From the human T2T-CHM13v2.0 reference genome, Homo sapiens: DNA of 64,000 nucleotides. Positions 1 through 14,259 of this stretch are shown here, piece after piece; the stretch's first letter is position 1; each line of letters starts with the position of its first letter. A program made the position numbers and the translations under genes. Below the pieces are notes generated by a model, which had not been told where the DNA came from, did no database searches, and was given only the letters and a program-made list of their open reading frames with translations. The stretch is taken from the NCBI RefSeq assembly GCF_009914755.1, contig NC_060944.1, one strand, 5' to 3'.

Positions 1-339
1 TAAAGATATACCTGAGACTGGGTAATTTATAAAGGAAAGAGGTTTATTGGACTTACATTTCCACATGGTGGGGAGGCCTCGCAATCATGATGGAAGGCAA
101 GTAGGAGCAAGTTACATCTTACATGGATGGCAGCAGGCAAAAAAGAGAGCTTGTGCAGGGAAACTCCTGTTTTTAAAACCATGAGATCTTGTAAGACCCA
201 TTCACAATTGTGAGAACAGCACAAGAAAGACCCACCCCCATGATTTGATCATCTCCTGTCGGGTCCCTCACACAACACATGGAAATTATGGGAGCTACAA
301 GATGAGATTTGGATTGGGACACAGAGCCAAACCATATTA
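1..339 (-). mobile_element. THE1 (THE1B/C-like) ERVL-MaLR LTR, cut by the window edge
   Basis: Reverse complement matches the THE1 LTR start (TgATATGGTTTGGCTcTGTgTCCC..CCAAATCTCATCTTG); contains the typical cctgagactgggtaatttataaaggaaagaggttta block. Confidence 0.9.
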
Positions 340-430
340 GCAACAAAGCTGCATGCCCTGCACATGTATCCTGGAACTTAAAATAAAATATAATACAATT
401 TTTAAAATGAAAAATGAAAAAAATTTTTTA
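340..430 (+). mobile_element. L1PA/L1PB extreme 3' end with A-rich tail
   Basis: ctgcacatgtatcctggaacttaaaataaaa is the primate L1 3' terminus. Confidence 0.75.
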
Positions 431-1088
431 ATTCAAGATTCAGTCATTAAAACAGGGACATATGCCCAATAAATGTATCATCATTATTTTAATACTTAGC
501 ACTCTGTTCTGTGGATTCTTAAAAGTAGCTTATATTTTAAACCACTTAGGCCTTATAACTGGGGGAAGATTCCGTCTTATCCCAAATTGGGAGAATGCAG
601 GAAGCATGAAGGACAAAGGGTCAATGGAGTTACAACCTGTAGACAGCCTGAAAAACCAAATTTGGGGCATCCCTTTGTGCTGCTCTACAAATAGCCTTCA
701 TTTGCTTTTCCTATCTGGCTTCAAGATTAATTGCTAAACTTGGAAGGAGGACCTTGAAGTTTGCTCGTAAATTTTCTGTGTTTAAAAAGAAGAGTTTTAT
801 CATTAATATTCTGGAGTGAGCATGAGTCAGGGAGAGTGACTCAGGCCATGTTCTCAGAGGTGGCTGGCTATAAATCCACTTTTGCAGAATATTAATCTCC
901 CCTGGCTCCTTTGAAAAGTTAGCAATTATTAGTAGATGGTGTGAAAGAGAGTCTTTAAAAGAGGAATGGTAAGACAATGTCACCTTGAGTTTCTTCCAAA
1001 CTCATTGCTATTAGAGAAGAGAAAAGCTGTTCCCTCAAACAAACTTTGGAGAGGAGTTGTCCTGGCAGGCACAGGCAGCAAAAGCAAG

Positions 1089-1228
1089 TCACAACTCCAC
1101 TAGACGGAGCCCCCACAGGGACTCTGTGGTGGGGGTCTGACCCCACATTTTCCTTCTGCACTGCCCTAGCAGAGGTTCTCCATGAGGGCGCTGCCCCTGC
1201 AACAAACTTCTGCCTGGGCATTTAGATG
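1089..1228 (-). mobile_element. Isolated THE1/MST internal-region fragment
   Basis: Minus-strand translation MPRQKFVAGAAPSWRTSARAVQKENVG matches the MaLR-int sequence GCCCAGGCAGAAGTTTG..CCCTCATGGAGAACCTCTGCTAGGGCAGTGC. Confidence 0.85.
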
Positions 1229-1592
1229 CCTAAAACTTACCGCATATGTGTACTGGGTCCCAAAAAAAACCCTAGTACCTTCAAGGAAAGATAAGGTTTC
1301 ATGAAGCAATTTGACTCAATAATTAATTGTTCCTACCCGGTGATGGAATACCTAGGTTGCCTTGAAAATATTAAGCCAATCATTTGGAGAGTTTGAATCT
1401 CTTGAATGTAATAGTTAAAGGTAGATAATATTTATGTCTTTGGGCAAGTGTAAACAGGGTCACAGAATTAGGGGATTCAAGAAATGGACATTGAAGTATC
1501 ACCACCCATTCAAAGCCCTTGCCTGAGGAAGGGATACATTGAAACCACAACATACTGGTTTTTTTTTTTTTTCCTTTCCTGTATATTTATAT

Positions 1593-1778
1593 TAGTTGGC
1601 TCTTAAAATGTGGTGCCCAGAAGGCAGCATGGGCATCACCAGGGAACTTGTTAAAAATGCAAATTATCAGGCCCCTCCCCAGACTTACTGAATCAGAATC
1701 TCTGAGGTTGGGACTCAGAAACCTGTATTTTAACAACCCATCCAGATGATTCTGCTGCTTGCAGAATTACTGCTCTAA
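1593..1778. mobile_element. MER5A-type hAT MITE
   Basis: ggcatcacc.gggaacttgttaaaaatgcaaatt.tcaggcccctccccagac.tactgaatcagaa core. Confidence 0.8.
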
Positions 1779-1824
1779 CTACAGCCAGTAACAGAGCTAC
1801 TTTTAAAAAGCAAGTGATTATAAC

Positions 1825-2180
1825 AGTTGGGACTATTGTAGGCCGAAAAAAGAAAAAGAAAGAAAGAAACTGGACTACAGTGGTCTAACTAAATAAGGGT
1901 TTATTTTTTTGTCACAAGAAGAATGGAGTTCAGCTACCCTGGGCTGATTCTGCAAAACCAGAATGTCATCGTTGTCCCAGGCTCCTTCTACCTTGGTAAG
2001 TGGCCTTTTCCCTCAGGTTCAACACTTCAAGGCCATAAGACAGCTGCTTCACCTCTGCCATGTTCAAGGCAGGAAGAAGAATGAGAAGTGCAAAAGGTAA
2101 AAGGTACATGCCAGCTGGGTCTCTCCACTTCTAAAAGGCTGCCTGGAAGCTTCAGCAAGTGACCACCACTCATGTGGCAT
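1825..2180 (-). mobile_element. Old MLT1 (K/L-like) LTR fragment
   Basis: Diverged MLT1-type blocks (cccaggctccttcta, atgttcaaggcaggaagaag). Confidence 0.5.
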
Positions 2181-2267
2181 AACATACAAAAACATTAATC
2201 AAATATTTCATCATCAGGGCTGGAAGGGACAATAGGAAAGTACAAAGAGTTTAAAAAGAGTGGTTAA

Positions 2268-2572
2268 GGCCAGGCATGGTGGCTCATGCCTGTAATCCCA
2301 GCTCTTTGGGAGGCCGAGGCAGGCAGATCACTTGAGCTCAGGAGTTCGAGACCAGCCTGGGCAATGTGACGAGACCCCATCTCTACAAAATACACAAAAA
2401 GTTAGCTGGGCATGGTGGTACATGCCTGTATTCCCAGCTACTCAGTGGGGCTGAGGTAGGAGGATCACTTGAGCATGGGAGGTGGAGGTTGAAGTGAGCT
2501 GAGATCACGCCACTGCACTCCAGCCTAGGCAACAGAGTAAGACCCTGTCTCCTAAAAGTAAAAAATAAAAGT
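2268..2572 (+). mobile_element. AluJ-family SINE, full length
   Basis: Dimeric Alu; TSD aaaaagagtggtta at 2253-2266 and 2573-2586. Confidence 0.95.
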
Positions 2573-3259
2573 AAAAAGAGTGGTTAGCAATTGTATTGCA
2601 TAAGGTCTAATTTTGGTAAAGTGTGCTTGATTTTATTTTGGAAATTATTCTTCTTAAGATTGAAAATGCAACATTTGCCATTGTATTTACACCTTTCTTT
2701 ATTATTTCTTCATCACTGGATGATTTTTACTCTTGATAAAAGTTTGGAAGTTGAATTGCTAGCACTAACTGTAATATCGGTGTGTAATGCTGGGCCACTG
2801 TAGTTGAGGAAGATGGCTCATGTTGTCTTTTCTTGACTGACTTCATTCCACTTAATTATGGAATTTTGTTCATATCTTAGTGTTACTTCCTGGCCAGAAA
2901 TTTTTATTTTGCAAACAAGTCCAAACAGTAAAATCTTTATTACAGAGAAATACTCTTAAGTCCATTTACTTTGATATATACATCTTTCATCAGCTACGTT
3001 TTTCTTCTTGGCAGCTAAGGTTTACATTTAATCAAGAAAATGTCCTTCTTGCACTTAGAGTAGGCACCCTCCTACCCAGCTCTGCCTCTAGTCCCAAAAA
3101 AGCCATCTGATGCTCACTACTGCCTGTCAAACATCCTAATGGATTATTGCTCCTCTCCATCAACCCCCACCTGAGGACCTAGCCAGCAGAATGCTAAAAC
3201 ACCCAATCCACACAGGCAAAATAAAATGATGGGGGGAGCAAAATCTGGAAACTTGGTAC

Positions 3260-3690
3260 TCAGAGTAGGGTCTTCCCTCCAGGAGCATCAGCATTTCCTG
3301 GACCCTTGTTGGCAATGCAGACTCCCAGTCATCCTAAATCTGCTAAATCAGAACCCACATTTTAAAAAGACCTCCAGTGGTGGTTGTGCATCTTAGTTTG
3401 AAAAGCACTGGCCTAAAGCAGTGGTTCTTGAAATATTGCTCTAGACATGCAGCATAATCATCTTCTGGGAAACTGTGAGAAATGCAAAATCTCAGTCCCA
3501 TCCCAGCCCTGTTGAATTTGACACTTTAGGGGTGGAGCCCAGTAATCTGTGTTTTATCAAGCCTTCCAGGTGATTCTGACATAAGCCAAAATCTGAGAAC
3601 TTCCCCTATAACAATGGTAGTCAACCTTACTTATACAAAGAAATCACCTAGGGTATTTAAACATTACAGCTGTCTCCTATCTTAAATATT
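3260..3690. mobile_element. Cluster of adjacent MER5-family MITEs
   Basis: Repeated MER5 motifs (agcatcagcat..ctgg, aatgcaaaatctcag.cccatccc, ggtgattctga) and cagtggttct termini. Confidence 0.7.
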
Positions 3691-4062
3691 TCTGCTCACA
3701 GGAGGAGTGTTTTAGGTCAAATTTCCCAGAAGAGCACCAGGAAAGACCACATCTATGTCTAGCCCCACTCTTCTTCCTCCTCTGTCACATAACACTTAAC
3801 AAGAATCCACATTTCAGACTGTTCCTTATGAGCTCTCCCACACTGCCACACATTTGTTTCACCAGGCAAGATGAAAACAGCCTGCTGAGCCCCAAAGGAA
3901 TAAAGCATGGAAGACGACTGGAGAACACATTTGACCGGTTTGTAGGGTCAGTTTCAGGGGCTGCAGCCTAGGAGGCCTGGATAAATGCTGCTTTCTACAT
4001 AGACAGGTTGTGGAGGGGAAAAGACCTGATTCTCAACACCATTGTCTTGGCGCCCCTGCCAC

Positions 4063-4605
4063 AGGTAGTAGATTAATTACAGAAAAATAAATAGTCCTGA
4101 TTTCCCATTCCTCCTTGTATGCACACTCTTTGCAATGTGATTTTGTGATTCTTCCAATCCAGAAATAGACTCTGTTTCCCTACCAGTTGAATCTGCTCTA
4201 TGACTTGAATTCGCCATAGAATGTGGTGGAAAGGATGGTTTGCCAGTTCCAAGCCTGGCCTCCGCAGGCTTGAACACTCTCCTCTTCCTCTCCGACCCTT
4301 AGCCAGCACCAAGTGATGATACCCAGACAAACTAGCGTGAGAGACTTGTGCCCCAGTCATGCCATCCCCCCCAAAACAGCCAGCTGACCACCATACATGT
4401 GGGCAAGACCATCCTGGAGCAGCACTCCTCTAGTTGACCAATGACTCCCATATGAGCCCAGCTGAAAACAACAGAGAAGGGCCCAGGGCAAAAGGGTCAC
4501 ACACTGACCTGTAACCTTGAGAACTAATAATGGCTGCTATTTGAAGACACTGACTTTTGGGGTGCCTTGTTAGGCAGAATTATTGTGACAACAGTTCAAT
4601 AATAC
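4063..4605 (+). mobile_element. MLT1 (E/F/H-like) solo LTR
   Basis: ctttgcaatgtga..., ttgaatctg, gttccaagcctggcct and the 3' ttttggggt..ttgttaggcag..aataca signature. Confidence 0.7.
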
Positions 4606-5049
4606 CTCACAACTTTCAGACCTTTCCTGGAGAGACCCAAATATGGGACAGAAACATTAAACTACAAACTACAGACAGCTCTGCACACCTGACTCTGGGT
4701 GTGAGGAAATGGACCACGGAGAAGGCAGAGGCATTGGTGGTCAGGGAACACAGCACTCGAGACAGAGCAGGCTTAGAGCTCAGAGGGGCTCGTGAGCTGC
4801 GAACAGCACAGCCTGCAGCCTTCTGTGAAGTCACACGGGGAGGAAGTGATGAGAAGGCAGGTTCTATTTCTGTTATGTGATCTAGAAAAAGTACCTGGGA
4901 AGCCAGCAGGGAGCCAATCAGGGAAGTTGACTGATGGGGCCAACATGGGCTTCCGTTTTATGAAAGATGTGGAAGAGAAAGAGAGAAGGGCCCAGAAGTG
5001 TGAGATTTGGGGGTAAAATTAGAACTAGGTTTTTTTTGTAGCTTTAAAT

Positions 5050-5860
<811 letters not shown>

Positions 5861-8800
5861 CTGTGGCTTTTAATCAATCCCTCCTTTGTTCATCAACTGG
5901 TTTGAGTAATGACCCGACACCCTTGGTCACCCATTCCCAGGCTCAGTAAGAATCTGCCCCTGAATTCAAAGCCCACTCTAGGAGGGAGGGCAAGAGGAGG
6001 AAAAGGGAGAGAAAGAAGAAGGTAGCTCCAGTGACTACAGAAATGATATCAGTTCTTCCTAACTTCACGTTTTGTCTCTAGTGGCTATCTGAAGTGCCTA
6101 AAATGACATTCATTGGAAGTAAAGACGTGAAGATTCCTTTAGAGATGCAAATATGCCTTTTAGAAGGGTAAATACATAAAAGAATTTAAATGTTACCTTT
6201 GCTGGTCCTTCACAATGTTCAGATTATCCTTTATTTATTAGCTCCCCCACTACCCAGAGTGGCCTCCCCACTACTTGCATCCATTACCTAGGAGTTTGTA
6301 AGAAATGCAGAATCTCGGGCCCCACCCCAGACCTGGAATCAGGATCTGCATTTTTAAAAGATCCCCAAGTAATTCCCGGGCATGTTAAAGTTTGTGAAGC
6401 CGTGTATTATCCCACTGATACTTTATACAAAACTCTATAAACAGAGAGAGGAGGAATAATTGTTCTCATTTTACAGATAGGGAAATATGACGCGGAAAGG
6501 TGAATTTGATGTGCCAAGGGCACCTTGCTGGTTCTCTGCCAGGGGAAGGTCTCTAGGTGGAGGCTCTGTTGATTTTCTGAACACAGATATTTCCATTATT
6601 TCACACTGATACCCACTGGCACTCCTAACGCTTTATCAGGCCAACCAGCCTGCCTCTCTCTAGAGAGCAGTGTCCTAAGGGCATGCACTGTGTAACTTTG
6701 TTTGAAAGTTGGCATGAGGAGCCACCAAGGACATAAATGTTGCAGTGTGGTAAGTGGGAGTAAAAGGGGCAGGGTAGAGGAAGGGAAAAGGAATGAGGAA
6801 CCCCAGCCACCACGTGAAATGGCCCAGAGGGGCTTGGGAAAGAGGAATGAAGGGGCTCCAGAGACGCATTTCAAGTTCCTGGCCTTGCTGTCTGCTCCTC
6901 CCTTGCCTGCAGACAGGAGGTCTGTGCTGTGACGCAGTCTGTTAGAGCCTGTTGGCAGCCAGCCTGGAGTTGGCCTGCACCCCCACTGCAGAGCTCTCAG
7001 CTACGCAGGGAGAGTGGAGGCTGCCCAGTGCACCTTTGCTGGGTACTGCAGAGCATCCATGCCACCTGCACCAGAGGGAACACAGCTCTGCAGTAACGCC
7101 AGTTAGACTGCAGTAACCCGAGATGGGTGTAGCTCATACTGCAGTAACCCGAGATGGGTGTAGCTCCATGCCCTTGCACACCTGCAGGGTCCGAGGACCC
7201 TGGGTTTTTACCATCTGTTTCTGCACCCCCCTCCAGGAAGCAGCTCCAGGTTGCAGAGTTGCTCTGCCTACCCTGAAGATGTCTGGAGGCTCCCCATTGA
7301 CCCTGAGCCCCACGACGGTCCCACAGCCAGGAAGACGGGCTCAGCACGGCTCATGGTTCAGATCAGTGAAACTAGATTCCATGGCCTCCTTTCAAATCCA
7401 GCTGGAGGAGGCTGAAAAATACCCCCAGGGCTCTGCCTGCCTGTGTACCGGTATGGGAAGACTCCAAGAAAATGTACAGCCTCCCCCACACCACCCCCAC
7501 AGGCGCCAGACATCAAAGGTATAGTTAGCAGTGGCCTTCCAAAGCCAGTGTCTGATTTGTTTCCTAACCTAAAAGGATGGCTCTAATGGCAGAGGTTTTG
7601 GGACAGGCAAAGGGAAGGGAGTACCACTGGCTGGTGAGGGAGCTGTTCGGGGCAGGTAAAGAAGCTTGTGGGGAGGTAAAGCTACAATGTGTAGTGAGCT
7701 GTCCCCATGGAGTGTGAGCCCGATCAACCCCCTCAGTCTAAAGAATAGGACACCTGCCTCTGCCTTGTGCAGCCTCCCCGGTGCTCCCAGCTGCCCAGTT
7801 TGCCTCCATAAATGTTACTTTTCTGCCGTCCATATTAAATGTTACCCTTCCCCAGTGTTCATAGACAGAGGAGACAGATGCCTTTCTCTATGAACCGCTG
7901 CAGACTGTATTCAGTCAGGGCCTAGTTGTGTGGCAAGGGCACTGAATCCAACCTCCCAGCAGACAAAGCCATGCAAGAAGGAGGGTCAAGTTTCCAGGCC
8001 CAGGTTAAAAATCGTTGTGAGTGTCAGGTGTATGTTGGCAGGTGATCAGAGGCGGGGAAAGGAGGTGGAGGTCCCTGAAAAGCATCAGCCAAAACCACTG
8101 CTTAGGGATTAACAGCTTTTCAAGCAGCCTGGGATGTCCTTCTCATAAGGTTTGCCAGAATGGATGCTACTCACCTTCTTCCCTACTCCCTGCTGTGTAT
8201 ACCTGTACACAACATCCAAAGCAGGACACATCAGGGAATTCAATCCAAACCCTATCACGACAGTGGAAATTTTAAAAAATCTTCATGACAGAAAAGGTTC
8301 AGTGTTGGATGTCACATGGCAAGGGTATAAAAGAGTTAATTCAGATACCATCCTATCTGAAATTCCATCGTTATTTTTCCCACCTGTTTAACTGAAGCAG
8401 ACAGGGCTTAACAATCTCGCTCAGATTTCAGTCTTCTCTCACTAGTCACCTAGATACTGACAGTTCACTCATTTATTCGATTAATAATTATTGAGTACCT
8501 GTCATGCTTGAGTCACTGTGCTAGTGAGAAATCAGTACACTGTCTACCATATAGGCATTCACTTATTCTACAAATATTTATTGAGCACCACCTGCTTACA
8601 TAGCACTGTCCAAGGTGCTAGGGAGGGTACAAAGGAAGACAGCAGACAAGCCCTCAAGAAGCTTCAGATACATGTGGAGAAACGTGCAAGCCCACAACGC
8701 AGCCCATTTCTACTGTCAAAGAAATGGACCCTTGCTACAGAACTGTGGATCTCCTGAGAGCTTGTTAGAGATAGAGTCTCACACCCCACCTGAGACCTGC

Positions 8801-11370
8801 TAAATCCGAACCTGCCTTTTAAGAAAATTCCCCAGGAGGTTCCACGCACATTAAAGTTTGAAATCTACTGATCTAGACAAAAGAAGCTCTAAAAATTCAG
8901 GGGAGAGAGAGATTATTGTGCACATCAGTGGTCAAAAAAAAAAATCCATGAAGGAGTTTGCCTTTAAAGGATGTCTGGGCTTTGGCCAAGTATAGAGAGC
9001 TCAAGGAATAGTAATTTCCCACCTCCAATGAGTTAAAAAAAAATATGTCTGCAAACTGCGGAAGGCAGTGACATTTTTCAGACACATTTTCCACAACAGC
9101 AAAAGCTTTGACTCAGGTAAGATGAGTCTGCAAATTCTTGTTGCTGATGCTATCAGGATCCCCAAATTGCAACTCGCCCAGTTTGGACAGCTTCAAGGTC
9201 AGATTACCTGCTGTCCTGAAATGGACAGGCCCAGGAAAGATTCCTGGCCTTGTCCAACCCACCTGTCAGTCAAGTAGATCAGCCAGTGAGAAACTGGCTC
9301 ATTATTTTCCAGCAGTTACTCAGCCAATTGGCAGTCCCCAGCAAATTGAATTCTGGAGTGGCATCGTGTGAACATCGGTGTGGTGGCTGCTTTATCAAGC
9401 CAGTCCAACAGAGCAGATAAATCACTGAGAAGTTTTGATTAGAGGCTGTTGGCACCAAGACTATTGTTTCATAGTAGATCAGACTGAGCAGGTGTCTCAG
9501 TTTTTCTTACACTCATCCTTCCTGCATTCCATTTAAGAATTAAGATTTTTGTTTTCAATACAAAAATTGAAATAAATGAATAAACAGATCTAAACATGAC
9601 TCTACTGTTATCTCTTGTTTCTAACTACCACCCACAATGTCTGTTTGTCCAACAATTGAATCCAAAAAAGATTGTACAGAACTTCACAATTGCATAGTTA
9701 TATAGAAATTCTCATTCACCATTGAATGAACTGCTTACAATTCAGGCCTGTAGTCTATGGTGATAAAATCTGCCCATTGCTTCAGAAGTCATGCCAGGGA
9801 GGATTTGTCAGGTAAGCTCTAAAGAAAACACAGCCCAACTCATTTACCATTGGGCCATTATTTTCCAGAAGCAGGGATGGGTTTGTGATGAGCCATCTAT
9901 ACTCTCTAACCTCCGTGGCCATGGCTTATGTTTATAAGGCAGCTGGCAGGGATAGGGAGGTTGGGTTGAAGCTGAGTAGCAGGACCTGGCTGGCTCACAT
10001 GAAGTGGATCCTAGGACTTTGACTCATCAGCTCTGTCTTAGTCCTGTTAATTTGATGCTTAATTAATAACAGGGCATTAACATCTGCTGTGAACATACTG
10101 CTACTCATCACCCTCCCAACCCTCCCTGCCTTCTCCTCTCATACCTGTCTCCAGGAAGCTGGACCCACTTATCAGCCAACTTAGTCTCTCAATTATTACC
10201 AAAAATGTGTTTTCAACTTGGTGCACACTGGGGGTGTGCCTGAGCAGGATGGCGAGAAGGGGCAGGCACACACTGAGAAGCGTAGACATACTCCCCTTTA
10301 TCTAAGGGCTCTGCTATTTAGGAAAGGGCTTTTGTGTGAGGAGGTTCGAGCCTCAAAGGCTCATCTTGTCATTTTTCCTGTGCCTTTCAGAGATGGAGCA
10401 TATTGTGCTGTGTTTTTGAAATGATGAAATGAAAGTGTGAGGAATCTGAAAGCCATATAGATAAGGAGTGGTTGAAGGAACTGATGGAGCTGAGATGAAA
10501 CGTTATTTCAAACGTTGGAGGCGTCGTCGTGGGAAGAGGCAGCAGGTGTGTTCTTTGTGGTTCCCGCAGGTGGGATATAGGTTCGGTAGAAGGAGGCACT
10601 TTCTCACAAAGAGAAACCACCCAACAATGGGAGGCCAGGCCCTGCTTCCTGAAGAAGGAGCCCCCCCATGATGACAGGTACTTAAGCTGAAGCTCCACGA
10701 CTATGTATAGGAGTCACCTGCATTATAAGCAAAAGTTGGAATAGAACTCAGCATTCTTTTAACTCTGAAAGCCTACAACACATGCAAAGCTAACCTTCAC
10801 AGAGTAGCTCCTATGGTCTCACTTTACAGGTATTATCCCACTTAACGCCCACAGCAGTCCAATAAGCTAGGTACAGTTATTATGTTTTGTTTTGTCTCTT
10901 TTTGTCCTCACTTCGGCTTGGAATGCTCTTGCCTCAAATATCTCCCTCCTTTCCCATTATTCTGATCTTCTCAGGGTACTATTTCCTCCCCAGTCCTTCC
11001 CAGTCTTCCCAAAGAGGGGATAATATAACCACCCCTCCCCCATCTCTCCATCCCTTACACTGTTTGATTTGTCTTTATGGCATTTAGCACTGCCTAAAAT
11101 AATGCTGCAATTGTATCTGTTTATGACCTGTCTCCTCTGGGAGAACAGAAGGACTTGGTTGGCTTTGCTCAGTGCTCCATTTCAGCACAGAGAATCAAGG
11201 CCTGGCATAGCGTAGGTGCTCAGGACGTATGCATGGAAGGAATAAATCAGTCAGTTTTACAGATGAGGAAATCTAGGCATTAAAGAGGTAAAGCAACATC
11301 CAAAGGCCAGACAGTAAGTAAAGAGAAGGACCAGGTTGAGAGCAATTTGACTCCAGAGTTCACATATGTA

Positions 11371-11727
11371 CAGACAACCCCCTACTTGTGATGGTCCAAC
11401 TTCACGGTTTTCAACTTATGATGGTGAAAAAATAATAAGCATTCAGAAGAAACGATACTTCAAGTACCCACACAACCATTCTGTTTTTCACTTTTAGTAC
11501 AGTATTCAATAAATTACATGAGATATGCAACACTTTATATAAATAGGCTTTGTGTTAGATGATTTTGCCCAAATATAGGCTGATGTACGTGTTCTGAGCA
11601 TATGTAAGGTAGGCTAGGCTATGCTATGATGTTTGGTAGGTTAGGTGTGTTAAATGTGTTTTATAATATTTTCAACTTATGAAGGGTTTCTCGGGACATA
11701 GCCCCTTTGTAAGTTGAGGAGCATCTG
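11371..11727 (-). mobile_element. MER47A (Tigger-family) MITE
   Basis: Termini cagac..cc.c.actt / aagttgaggagcatctg flanked by TA; internal gtaggctaggcta.gctatgatgtttggtaggttagg. Confidence 0.88.
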
Positions 11728-13856
11728 TACCCCATTTGACCCTTTGAAAAAAACATGTATTCTCAAAGAAAAGCTGAGACATCCTTGTTAATTCAGTGGC
11801 TGGTGCTGGCTCTTGTTTTATGACTTCAAATGACTTGTGCCTATAAGCAGGTGGTCACTGGTTGCCACCAACATGGTGTCTTAAAAAGCCCATTGAGAGA
11901 GGTAGAGGGCAAAAGGCAGAGGGCACAAAGTTACCTTTTGCCTCAAAGGTCTGACTGCACAGTGATTTGCTGAATAGAGCAGGTGAGTCAGAAAGGTACA
12001 GAGAACAGCTTGGCAGTCACCTGGTCCTAATCTATCCCTGGGCAGATACATTGAATCTGACACAGCTCCCGTGCCTGGAGTCCTCAGAATCAAATTTGCA
12101 AACTCAGAGCAGATTTCTTGCGTCTCCAGGCGATTTGAAACCATATGCAATGTCACCCTTTCACCAAAGGAGCTGAATTTATGTTCCTTGTTTTCTCCCT
12201 CCCGGTAAGGCTTGGATTTTTCCATGACAAAAATCTTGTTCATTTGAATATAAACAAGTTATAAAATGAAATCCACATTGACTTTTGCAGTTAATTAAAA
12301 AGAATATGGACTTGAAAATCAGACTAACTTGAGTTAGAATTCAGGTTACCACTTTGAATCTCCATTTTCCTACCTGAAAAATAGAAACTAACCCTTCTCG
12401 CATGGTTTTTGTAAGGATTAGATAAAAAAAATTGAAGGGGGCATCTGCCATTGATTTTCTCTTCTATTGTCAGAGCATTGTTTTCCGGCTAGACGCCTTC
12501 TAGTCTTTCTGTAGCTGGGTACAGGAAGAAGCATTGTCTGAAGGAGTTATCGGTGTGGAATCCAAAACAGCTAAATTGAATTAGCAGAAAGACAAGGGCA
12601 TTCCAGTACACTGTGGCCAGGGAAGTGCTGTATTCACTCATTGTTTGCACTCCTGAGGTCAGGCTTTCAGGTCAGACCTTGAACCCTCTGCCTGCTTCAC
12701 ATCCTGGCTCCTTGGGAAGCCACTCCTGTGGCTTCAAAGGGGCAAAACTAAGAGAATGGTGGAGCTGGAACTTTCATGACCAGAGCCTGCCCTGGCCACA
12801 TCCTCCCTTGGAACCTACAGTGGAAAGTGGGGACAATTTTGCTAGGTCACACCTTTTTGAGGACCTTGCTGGGCTTGTGGATCTGCCAGAAAATTCTTTC
12901 TTTTTTGAGGGACAAAAGCCTGCTGCTCAGCAGTTTTAGATTAAGCCTAATGAGTTCTCTCTTGAGATCACCATTGTTCTAAGCTTAATATCATCCTCAT
13001 TGACCTAGTGGTATCAAATTCTGTTGGCATACCTCTTACTAACAAAACACATCAAATATGTTTTTATAAAACATGATACTAAATTATAGAATATACCAAG
13101 AAATATGCTTGTACAGTGAATCTGTGTGCTTCTATTGCTACCATTAAACGTTTGCACCTACTTCTAGCTATCACCAGAATGGGTTCCACTAGCTTCTAAT
13201 ATAAAGTCCTACACAGCTGTATCTCGTAATTTATAAGGTAAGGTGGGAAAATGCATCTCAGGTCTCAGCTATCTCCAGTGGGAGGCAGGTTCTACCACTT
13301 TCAAGGCTCATAACACAGGAAGGGGTGTTCAAAGGTGCAGGGTAAACAGAAAGATGGTGTTCACTGCTAGGCGTCTCAAAATGAATGTGAATGTTCATGC
13401 ACTCTTATATACAGCATTTGAAACAAAACAAAACAAACATAAAATTAAACCTGACATCTTGGGAATGAGAAATTCTAAGGGTGCCCAACATATAGTAAGT
13501 GCTCCCTAAATAAGCTGAATGGATGAAAGAGTAAATAACTAGGTAGATCATGGAGCCTCTGATATCTGAGTAATACGGAAGTGTTCATAAAAAAGGGAAG
13601 CCTCAGTGAGACATATAAATCCAATGAAATATGTTAAGTCTCAAAAAGGGAGCAGATAATTACTTTTGCTTTATGTTTTTCAATGGAGTAATAAATAATA
13701 GAAGAATTCTGGTCTCTTCTCTGGAAGCTGTCGTTTACTTGGTGAAGTTTTCCTGTTTTTTCCTAATAAATGATATCAGTTTTAATGCCGTGCTGCCCAA
13801 AGATAACATCTGATATGCCCTTAGAGTCAGTTATACAAAGAAATATAGGTTTAGCT

Positions 13857-14069
13857 CTGGGCTTCTCATCCTTGAAACTGTAGACATTTGGGACTGGATA
13901 ATTCTTTACTGTGAGGAGTCGTGCATTGTAAGATGTTTAGCAGCATTCCCTGGCCTCTAACAACTAGATGCCAGCGGCATCCCTACCCTATGTGATAACA
14001 ATTAAAAATGTATCCAGACATCACCAAATATCCCTAGGAGGCAAAATTGCCTCTGGTTGAGAATCACAG
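13857..14069. mobile_element. MER20 hAT MITE
   Basis: gacatttggg.ctggataattcttt..tgtg, gtgcattgtaagatgtttagcagcat.cctggcct, ggcaaaattgcc.ctggttgagaa. Confidence 0.88.
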
Positions 14070-14259
14070 ACTTAGGCCTCAAAAATGGGCAACTCTTAGA
14101 CAAATTTGATTTCTAGGCTTTTTCAAGTTGTAAACTAACTTTTCTCTAAGCACAGCTCTGCCATGGTATTTGCCTTGTATTCAGTTAGGGCCTGAACAAG
14201 ATAGTGATAGAGACCAGAGATCTCAAAATGTGTCTATAAGATAAGCTGTTACACCGAAT

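Noticed and set aside
9082-9116. Micro-exon ending at CAG|GTAAGA
   Set aside because: Strong donor but weak acceptor tract; isolated donors occur often by chance.
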